Origin: Candidatus Nanopusillus sp.
GTDB lineage: Archaea > Nanobdellota > Nanobdellia > Nanobdellales > Nanobdellaceae
Reading direction: 5' to 3'
Assembly: GCA_028275885.1 (NCBI GenBank)
Contig: JAPWTW010000001.1
Coordinates: forward strand, 30,001-62,000
DNA length: 32,000 bases
The notes under the pieces are model-generated. The model did no database searches. It was not told where the DNA came from and saw only the letters and a list, made by a program, of their open reading frames with translations. Made by a program: the position numbers and the translations under genes. Of the stretch, positions 25,904-32,000 are shown piece after piece. Positions within the stretch are counted from its first letter, which is position 1; each line of letters begins with the position of its first letter.

Positions 25904-26943
25904 TTTGTACTAGATTTTTTCCATACTCTTGGATATAAACCTCTTTTCATAATAACCCTATCAATATCAACTGCGATACCTTTTTCTGAATTTAAAATTT
26001 TTTCAGAATCCATTAATGCAGTTCCATATGCAACTATTTCTCCTTTTAATGTAAATATTGTTACTAGATCACCTTCTTTTATATTTGAATATAGTTTTGA
26101 TATTCCCTTTACTGTTAAGTTTGCTCCATGTGCAATTGCATCTACTGCAGTATCTAATATCCAAATTTTCTTTGTATGTTCTGCTGCAACCTCTGGTGGT
26201 AAGAAAACTCTTCTTATATATTCTTCATTATTTTCATTTCTCCAAAACCATATAGAATCAACTATATCTTGTAAGGTAGCCAAAGGATATTTTTCAGAAT
26301 CTTCTCTTAATTCTCCAACCCTAATTCTCCTTAATTGTTGCATGTGAGCTTTTGTTCCCAAAGTCTTTCCTATATCATCTATTAATTTTCTTATATATAC
26401 TCCAGCCTCTGTTGCAATTTGTAATAACCAATCCCTACCATCAACTTCTAATACTTTTATACAATAAACATTTTTTTCTCTAGGAACTTTTTTTACTGCA
26501 GATTTTAATGGAGGTTTTTGAACAATCTTTCCTTGAAATTTGTTTAATACTTCATATACTTTATTTTCATCAACATCGCTATGTATATGCATCCATGCTA
26601 CATATTCTTTTCCAGCAGTTAACAATAATTTTAATACTTTTGTTCCTCTTCCAATTCCTATTGGTAATACTCCAGTTACTTTTGGATCTAATGTACCTGC
26701 ATGTCCTGCTTTTTTATTTAAAATATTCTTTATCCATCCTGAGACTTGGTGAGATGTGGGTCCCTTTGGTTTATCTAAATTAATAATTGAGAAATCTAAT
26801 AATTCATTTATTGGCCTTTTCCATGGATCATAACCATATTTTTCATTTGTTTCTTCTTCTTTTTTAATAAGGATCTCATATTTTTCATTTTCATATGGTA
26901 ATTTACAATATTCTACCATAAAATTTTGATAATGAAAATTCAT
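25900..26943 (-). CDS. cbf5: H/ACA RNP pseudouridine synthase Cbf5 (TruB family, with C-terminal PUA domain)
   Basis: 347 aa. INLDKPKGPTSHQV, the catalytic GHAGTLDPKVTGVLPI, QKPPLKSAVK, and a PUA-like C-terminus (GDLVTIFTLKGEIVAYGTALM). The stop overlaps the rnhB start (ATGA). Confidence 0.92.
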   Translation of the reverse strand: MNFHYQNFMVEYCKLPYENEKYEILIKKEEETNEKYGYDPWKRPINELLDFSIINLDKPKGPTSHQVSGWIKNILNKKAGHAGTLDPKVTGVLPIGIGRGTKVLKLLLTAGKEYVAWMHIHSDVDENKVYEVLNKFQGKIVQKPPLKSAVKKVPREKNVYCIKVLEVDGRDWLLQIATEAGVYIRKLIDDIGKTLGTKAHMQQLRRIRVGELREDSEKYPLATLQDIVDSIWFWRNENNEEYIRRVFLPPEVAAEHTKKIWILDTAVDAIAHGANLTVKGISKLYSNIKEGDLVTIFTLKGEIVAYGTALMDSEKILNSEKGIAVDIDRVIMKRGLYPRVWKKSSTK

Positions 26944-27044
26944 ATATGTGCAACTTTGAAATTTTAAGTATTTATTAATAAATTTTTCTACTATTATTAA
27001 TAGGTTATTATAATATACAAGCTTATTGAAGAAATAAAAAAGAA

Positions 27045-27608
27045 CTATTGAGAAGGTTGATTAACTTCCTGTACAGTTGATTCTTTATTTTCTTCCTTAT
27101 TTATATTTTGACCTAATAGTTTTTCTTTATTTATATTTGAATAAGGATTATAACCTATTTTATCTTCTTCATCAACTTTAACTAAATAACCTGGAGAAGC
27201 TATCACTTTATCGTCTATAACAATATGTCTATGTACAATTAATTGTCTTGCTTGTTTTATTGTTTTTGCTAAACCCTTTCTAAATACAATTGTTTGTAAT
27301 CTTCTTTCCAATATTTCTCTTACTGTTATATTTAAAGCTTCACTTATATCAGAATTTTTATTTAATAATCCAAATTTAACTAATCTATTCTTTAATTTTT
27401 CTTCTTCTTTTGATACATCTACTCCAGCAGCTTTTTTGGCATTTAAATATCTAACATAAAATCTTATTTTTCTAGCAATTGTAGCAGCCTTCCATATTTC
27501 TTTTTTATTTTTTAATCCATATTGTTTTAATAATTGCCTTTCTTCTTCTATTCTATCCTTTTGCCATGGATGTCCTGGACTTTCCCAGGTTTTTCTATTT
27601 CTCCACAT
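27045..27608 (-). CDS. rps4: 30S ribosomal protein uS4 (S4)
   Basis: 187 aa. The archaeal S4 N-terminus is RKTWESPGHPWQKDRIEEERQLLKQYGLKNKKEIWKA, and the S4 domain is ARQLIVHRHIVIDDKVIASPGYLV. The C-terminal tail is Asn/Glu-rich. Confidence 0.9.
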   Translation of the reverse strand: MWRNRKTWESPGHPWQKDRIEEERQLLKQYGLKNKKEIWKAATIARKIRFYVRYLNAKKAAGVDVSKEEEKLKNRLVKFGLLNKNSDISEALNITVREILERRLQTIVFRKGLAKTIKQARQLIVHRHIVIDDKVIASPGYLVKVDEEDKIGYNPYSNINKEKLLGQNINKEENKESTVQEVNQPSQ

Positions 27609-27609
27609 T

Positions 27610-28122
27610 TTACTCTTTGTTTTCAGATTTTTGTTGTGCCCTTAATTCTTTACTTTTTATTACACCAATAGTAGAACCTTTTCTATGATGAGATCTTGTT
27701 TTTTGTCCTCTAACAGGTAATTTATACATATGTCTATTTCCCTTCCATGTTTTTAGTTCAATTTCTCTTTTTATATCCATCTTTATCTGAATTTCCCAAT
27801 CAGGCCCTACCAAATGTTTATCCTGACCATCTCTAGGATCCTTTCTTCTATTTAACATCCATGATGGTATACCATAATTTTGTGGTCTTTTTAGGCAATC
27901 TTCTAATTTTTCTAATTCTTCATCTGTTAAAGACCCTAAAGCTTGCCATTTATTTATTTTTAATACATTACATATAGCATTGGCAAATCTCCAATTTACA
28001 CCAGGTATCTTTCTTAATTCTACAATTATTGGTTTATGTCCATTTAATTCTATTCCTGCAATACGTATAACATCTCTTAATGTACTTCCTTCAGGTATTA
28101 TTACTTTAAGTGCACCAGGCAT
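27610..28122 (-). CDS. rps13: 30S ribosomal protein uS13 (S13)
   Basis: VIRIAGIELNGHKPIIVELRKIPGVNWRFANAICNVL, NRRKDPRDGQDKHLVG, WKGNRHMYKLPVRGQKTRS. The tracked ORF starts at 28170. The ATG at 28122 (MPGALKV...) removes a hydrophobic non-homologous extension that overlaps the divergent herA promoter. Confidence 0.88.
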   Translation of the reverse strand: MPGALKVIIPEGSTLRDVIRIAGIELNGHKPIIVELRKIPGVNWRFANAICNVLKINKWQALGSLTDEELEKLEDCLKRPQNYGIPSWMLNRRKDPRDGQDKHLVGPDWEIQIKMDIKREIELKTWKGNRHMYKLPVRGQKTRSHHRKGSTIGVIKSKELRAQQKSENKE

Positions 28123-28172
28123 TAAAATATTTAGATAAAAAATGTTTAAAAGTATATTATAAATATACATCT

Positions 28173-29810
28173 ATGAAAGTTGGTTATGTTATAAAAGAAG
28201 CAACATCTGAATATTTTTATTTTGTTGTTGATCCAAAGGAAAGGTATTCAGTAGGTATTGGGAGTATAGTTAAAGTAAAAATTGGTGATTTCTTTTATTT
28301 TGGAATAATTGAAGATTTAAAATCAGAAGCTATTGAAGAGGAAAGATTGTTTGATTATGAGGCAATAGAATTATTATATGGACAAATGAAAAAATTACAG
28401 TATTTAATAATTGGAAAAGCTATATTTATTGGAGTAATAAAAAATGGAAAAATATTACAAGAAAAACCAAAAACACCACCAGTTCCTGGGGATGAAGTAT
28501 TTTTACCAGAAGAGGAGGAAGTAAGTAAAATATATTCATTTGAAGAAAAGGAGTTATCAATACCTTTAGGAAAAATAAATTTACAAAATAAAGAATTTAT
28601 TGTAGATTTAAATATAAAGAATTTAATTATAAGACATACTGGTATATTTGGAATAACAGGTTCTGGAAAAAGTACAACAGTTGCTCATATAGTAAATGAA
28701 TTATCAAAGAAAAATATACCAATATTGTTATTTGATATTCATAGAGATTATATATTATCATTTGAAAATTCTATAATAATAACATTTAGTAAAAGGGAAA
28801 AAGTATTTATTGAAAAATTAATAAGTGAAAGAAATAAGAAAAATGTAATAGTATACAATGCAAAATTACCATTAAAATATATAAAAGATTATATGGAAAG
28901 TTTCTTAGGAATATCTGGAAAGCAGGCTCCTCATGTATATTCTTTATTATATAGAATTTTATCATTGGAAGAAGGAAAAGCACCGAAATTTATGGATAAA
29001 TTATTAGAAATGGTAAATAAAAGAGATCCTCCTCAGGTATTTGAAAAATATAAAAATAGAGAAGATGTAATAAGGTCATTACAATCAAGATTATTAAGGA
29101 TAAAGGATTGGATGTTATTTCCTAAAAATGTAGATGATATTGGTGAAAATGTGGATGACTTATTTAATAAATTGTTAGAAGATATCAGAAACTTTAGTAT
29201 TTCAGATTATAATATAATTAAAGAAGAAAATGGGGAAGTATATTTAGAAGAATCTAACAAATTTATTCCAAGGGTAATTATATTTGATTTATATCCATTA
29301 TCAATAGAAGAACAGAGAATATTAATAGATATATTATTAGAAATTGTTTATGAAAAATATAAATCTTGGAAATTTAATAATAAAACAGATATTTTGGGAA
29401 TTGTAATTGAAGAAGCACATAGATTTGCATCAAAAAATAGTGAAGTTTCTTCAAGAATATCTTTAATTGCAAGAGAGGGAAGAAAATTTGGTTTAGGATT
29501 AATTTTGGTATCTCAAGTACCTTCTAATATTATTGAAGATATTACATCTCAATTAAATACATTTATTCTATTAAAAATAATTAATCCAAAAGATTTGGAA
29601 TTCATAAGAAAAACATGTCCATACTTATCTAGAGAATATTTTGAAGCATTAACAAAATTAGAAACTGGTTCATGTTTAGCAGTTGGATTAGCATTAAAAA
29701 ATCCTGCAATATTAAAGGTAATAAAATCTGTAGAAGTTGGTGGAGCAGAAGAAGATATAGATAATATAATAAGAGAGAGAATATTATATGGAAGTAAAGC
29801 TAATTCTTAA
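28173..29810 (+). CDS. herA: HerA-type (FtsK/HerA superfamily) hexameric DNA helicase/translocase
   Basis: An N-terminal HAS-barrel-like segment (VGYVIKEATSEYFYFVVDPKERYSVGIGSIVKVKIGDFFYFGIIEDL). Walker A HTGIFGITGSGKSTTVAHIV, Walker B GIVIEEAHRF, and AREGRKFGLGLILVSQVPS. The start was moved from the tracked 28110 to the ATG at 28173. Confidence 0.8.
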   Translation: MKVGYVIKEATSEYFYFVVDPKERYSVGIGSIVKVKIGDFFYFGIIEDLKSEAIEEERLFDYEAIELLYGQMKKLQYLIIGKAIFIGVIKNGKILQEKPKTPPVPGDEVFLPEEEEVSKIYSFEEKELSIPLGKINLQNKEFIVDLNIKNLIIRHTGIFGITGSGKSTTVAHIVNELSKKNIPILLFDIHRDYILSFENSIIITFSKREKVFIEKLISERNKKNVIVYNAKLPLKYIKDYMESFLGISGKQAPHVYSLLYRILSLEEGKAPKFMDKLLEMVNKRDPPQVFEKYKNREDVIRSLQSRLLRIKDWMLFPKNVDDIGENVDDLFNKLLEDIRNFSISDYNIIKEENGEVYLEESNKFIPRVIIFDLYPLSIEEQRILIDILLEIVYEKYKSWKFNNKTDILGIVIEEAHRFASKNSEVSSRISLIAREGRKFGLGLILVSQVPSNIIEDITSQLNTFILLKIINPKDLEFIRKTCPYLSREYFEALTKLETGSCLAVGLALKNPAILKVIKSVEVGGAEEDIDNIIRERILYGSKANS

Positions 29811-30096
29811 TGGAATAGGAAATAATTTTTTATTTTCTGAACAAGATATATATAAATTTTTTGATTATTTGATTGATAAATATAAATTAGTAATAAATAA
29901 TAAAAAGATAATAATATCTGACAAGGAAAAATTTTCATCATTTTTATTTGATACAAATAAATTTACTATTGCATTAAATTATTGGGAGAGAATTGATTAT
30001 TGTTTTATACATATTTCTTCAAATAATTTTGATCTATCAAATTTAGTTCATGATTTATTAGAATATTTAAAACCTAAATATTTTAAAATTGTATAA
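29788..30096 (+). CDS. Hypothetical 102-aa protein coupled to herA; possible degenerate AdoMetDC (SpeH)-like fold
   Basis: Overlaps the herA 3' end by 23 nt. FTIALNYWERIDYCFIHISSNNFDLSNLVHDLLEYLKPK is colinear by eye with the SpeH segment [20 protein letters not shown]....P..A..YL...L. The Glu-Ser self-processing site and the His and Cys residues are absent. A weak call. Confidence 0.35.
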   Translation: MEVKLILNGIGNNFLFSEQDIYKFFDYLIDKYKLVINNKKIIISDKEKFSSFLFDTNKFTIALNYWERIDYCFIHISSNNFDLSNLVHDLLEYLKPKYFKIV

Positions 30097-30115
30097 AGAT
30101 CAAAATTATTTATAT

Positions 30116-30199
30116 GCCGCGGTGCCCGAGTGGTCCAAGGGGTATGGCTTGAGACCATATCCCCGAAAGGGGGCGTGGGTTCAAATCCCACCCGCGGCG
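30116..30199 (+). tRNA. tRNA-Ser (anticodon UGA), intron-less, CCA not encoded
   Basis: Cloverleaf read by hand. Acceptor GCCGCGG/CCGCGGC. A 3-bp D stem CCC/GGG. Anticodon stem TATGG/CCATA with loop CT-TGA-GA. A long variable arm CCCC-GAAA-GGGG. T arm GTGGG-TTCAAAT-CCCAC. Discriminator G. Followed by TTT. Confidence 0.9.
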
Positions 30200-30228
30200 T
30201 TTATATAAATTTTCTAAAAATATAATTA

Positions 30229-30540
30229 ATGGAATTTAATGAATATTAAGAAAGAGCAAAAGAAACTGCAATGTATCCAGATAAATTGGATGGAGGATTT
30301 TATTATACTGCATTAGCATTGGCTGGAGAAGTTGAAGATTATTAAATAAAATAAAGAAAATTGTTAGGGATAATATTTAAACCGAGGGAAGAAATTATAT
30401 CTGAACTTGTGGATATTTTATGGTATCCTTCAGAGACTATAAGAAACTTTAACATTTCTTTAGAAGAAGTTGCAGAATATAATTTGAAAAAATAGGAGTA
30501 GAAAAGAAAGGGAAACCTTACAAGGAAGTGGGGATAATAG
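30229..30540 (+). pseudogene. MazG-like nucleotide pyrophosphohydrolase gene remnant with multiple in-frame stops
   Basis: One frame reads MEFNEY*ERAKETAMYPDKLDGGFYYTALALAGEVEDY*IK*RKLLGIIFKPREEIISELVDILWYPSETIRNFNISLEEVAEYNLKK*E*KRKGNLTRKWG**. The MazG hallmarks are recognisable (LAL.GE.gE; ElvDvLwY; i.leev...N..Kl..R...G.l.G.G). Internal stops are at 30247, 30343 and 30352 (TAA) and at 30493 and 30499 (TAG). Confidence 0.5.
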
Positions 30541-30597
30541 ATAGAAATGAAGATTTTTTGTTATTATCCTTTTAAATAATAAAGAGGTTTTTATAGT

Positions 30598-32000
30598 ATG
30601 AATGATAATGTAGATTTATCAAAGGTTCTCCAAGAATTAAATTCGGATTTGAATTATGGTTTAACAAAAGAGGAAGTTGATAGAAGGTTAAAAGAATATG
30701 GATATAATTTAATTGAAGAAAAAAAAGAAAGTAATTTGATTAAATTTTTGAAAAAATTTATTTCATTTTCTTCAATAATGTTAGAAATTATTATAATCTT
30801 ATATTTAATATTTGGAAGATATATAGATGCATCTTTAGTCTTATCTTTATTATTTATTAATATATTAATATCTTTTATACATGAAGAAAAAGCAAATAAA
30901 GCATTGGAATTATTAAAAGAAAAATTACAAATACAAGCAAGGGTATTAAGAGAAGGACAATGGAAATTAATTGAATCAAAATATTTAGTTCCTGGAGATA
31001 TAATAAGATTAAGAGCTGGGGATATATCCCCTGCAGATTGTATAGTTGTTAGTGATGATATATTAGATGTAGATCAATCAATATTAACGGGAGAATCTTT
31101 AGCAGTTGAAAAGAAAAAAGGACAGATTGTATATTCAGGATCAATTATAAGAAGAGGAGAAGCAAATTGTATTGTATATAAAACTGGAAAAAATACATAT
31201 TTTGGTAAAACAGTAGAATTAGTATCTACAGCAAGACCAAAATTACATATTGAGGAAATAATAAATAAAGTTATTTTTGCATTATTAATAATTGTATTAA
31301 TATTTGGTGGATTAACATTACTATTTTCATTTTTATATGTTCATAATTTAGAATTTATACTTTCTACAGTATTGCCTTTAATTATATCTTTGTTACTTTT
31401 TGCAATTCCAGTAGCATTACCAGCAATGATAACAGTTACATTGGCAGTTGGTTCTATGGAACTATCAAAAAAGGGAGCATTAATTACAAGATTATCTGCA
31501 ATAGAAGATGTTGCAACAATGACAACATTATGTTCTGATAAAACAGGTACTTTGACATATAATAAATTATCTATAACTGATATAAAGGAATTGGGTAATT
31601 ATAAAAAAGAAGATGTAATATTATATGGAACATTAGCATCACAAGAATCAAATAATGATCCAATAGATATGGCATTTATTAATAAAGCCAAAGAAATTAA
31701 TATAAATAAAAATGATTATAGGATATTAGAATTTAAACCATTTGATCCTTCTACTAGAAGAACAGAAGCAAAAGTATTATATAAAGATAAAGTATTTTAT
31801 GTATCAAAAGGTGCTGTAAATATTATATTTAATGACTTATGCAAAATGAATATACCAGAAGAAGTATCAAAAATAGTTGAAGATTTTGCATTGAGGGGTT
31901 ATAGAACCTTGGCAGTTGCAATAAATAATAATAGTAAATGGGAACCTGTTGGTCTTGTTGCATTATATGATGTTCCAAGAAAAGATACTCCAGAATTAAT
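30598..32000 (+). CDS. P-type cation-transporting ATPase, type IIIA (H+-ATPase)-like; 3' end outside window
   Basis: Open frame from ATG 30598 to the window end. GLTKEEVDRRLKEYGYNLIEEKKE, DQSILTGESLAV (TGES actuator), IPVALPAMITVTLAVGS and the phosphorylation site LCSDKTGTLTYNKL. Also FDPSTRR and LYDVPRKDT (DPPR-like). AGAGG lies ~11 nt upstream of the ATG. Confidence 0.9.
   Translation, partial: MNDNVDLSKVLQELNSDLNYGLTKEEVDRRLKEYGYNLIEEKKESNLIKFLKKFISFSSIMLEIIIILYLIFGRYIDASLVLSLLFINILISFIHEEKANKALELLKEKLQIQARVLREGQWKLIESKYLVPGDIIRLRAGDISPADCIVVSDDILDVDQSILTGESLAVEKKKGQIVYSGSIIRRGEANCIVYKTGKNTYFGKTVELVSTARPKLHIEEIINKVIFALLIIVLIFGGLTLLFSFLYVHNLEFILSTVLPLIISLLLFAIPVALPAMITVTLAVGSMELSKKGALITRLSAIEDVATMTTLCSDKTGTLTYNKLSITDIKELGNYKKEDVILYGTLASQESNNDPIDMAFINKAKEININKNDYRILEFKPFDPSTRRTEAKVLYKDKVFYVSKGAVNIIFNDLCKMNIPEEVSKIVEDFALRGYRTLAVAINNNSKWEPVGLVALYDVPRKDTPEL

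Noticed and set aside
26058-26783. Plus-strand ORFs inside cbf5 (26058-26255, 26508-26783, 26540-26752)
   Set aside because: Antisense to an unambiguous Cbf5 gene; no motifs.
26970-26983. 14-bp A/T-only palindrome ATTTATTAATAAAT upstream of cbf5
   Set aside because: It is composed only of A and T in a very AT-rich genome, so its chance expectation is high. It may simply be TATA-like promoter sequence.
28110-28172. Mutually overlapping N-terminal extensions of herA (from 28110) and uS13 (to 28170)
   Set aside because: The two tracked ORFs would overlap head-to-head by 61 nt and leave no promoter. Internal ATGs at 28173 (herA) and 28122 (uS13) give homologous N-termini and a 50-nt divergent promoter region.
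30116-30199. Alternative reading of the tRNA as tRNA-Leu(GAG)
   Set aside because: That register gives a mismatched anticodon stem. The TATGG/CCATA stem places TGA at positions 34-36 with U33. The G discriminator and long variable arm fit tRNA-Ser.
30229-30540. Stop-codon reassignment or readthrough as the explanation for the in-frame TAA/TAG codons of the MazG-like frame
   Set aside because: TAA, TAG and TGA all terminate well-conserved genes in the same window at the expected protein ends (for example TAG for polC, the thermosome and the pilus ATPase). Two different stop codons are involved, so a pseudogene is the simpler explanation.
30116-30600. Integrated mobile element at the tRNA-Ser gene
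   Set aside because: No integrase or transposase was found. No direct repeat of the tRNA 3' end is visible downstream within the window. Only a single decayed MazG-like gene is present.
1-32000. CRISPR arrays, rRNA genes and C/D-box or H/ACA small RNAs
   Set aside because: No spaced direct repeats were seen. No rRNA-like GC-rich structured stretches occur apart from the tRNA. TGATGA/CTGA box combinations were found only inside coding sequence, and the intergenic regions are too short (25-100 nt) and unstructured to support a call by eye.

Overview
AT-rich (by eye about one-quarter G+C, not computed), very gene-dense archaeal chromosomal segment. Stops are standard (TAA, TAG and TGA all terminate clearly homologous genes). 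Neighbouring genes often overlap by 1-23 nt. This style suggests a reduced-genome archaeon, possibly DPANN/Nanoarchaeota-like; that is inference only. Recognisable content: uL13 (partial)-uS9, a PRC-barrel protein, and Cdc48 overlapping an E1-like ThiF/MoeB enzyme, which overlaps an FmrO/Rmt-like methyltransferase. Then come an Hjc-like nuclease, PolD large subunit, diphthine synthase, a SpoIIM-like membrane protein, an archaeosortase-family protein, a PUA protein, a wHTH regulator, a Fap7-like kinase and a thermosome. A type IV pilus-like cluster follows (coiled-coil protein, two pilin-like proteins, FlaI/PilB-type ATPase, and a separate Cys-rich class III signal peptide pilin), along with an RPA/SSB-like OB-fold protein. 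The rest is orf-mre11-rad50, a KaiC/aRadC-like ATPase, RNase HII, Cbf5, uS4, uS13, herA with a small unknown partner, tRNA-Ser(UGA) and the 5' part of a P-type ATPase. No rRNA, CRISPR array, transposase or integrase was seen. Most noteworthy: (1) an aminoglycoside-resistance-type 16S rRNA methyltransferase homologue overlapping the E1-like gene downstream of cdc48; (2) a pilus cluster with no adjacent platform or peptidase gene and with Cys-rich pilins; (3) a dispersed herA / mre11-rad50 arrangement with no NurA and two uncharacterised coupled small ORFs, one resembling a catalytically dead AdoMetDC fold; (4) the only two long 'intergenic' gaps are decaying genes, a frameshifted DsrE-like gene and a MazG-like gene with five in-frame stops but no frameshift; (5) a thermosome with a non-canonical GDGTKRS nucleotide loop; (6) DNA-level identity between the two AAA modules of cdc48. 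All homology calls are by-eye motif recognition and need profile searches.
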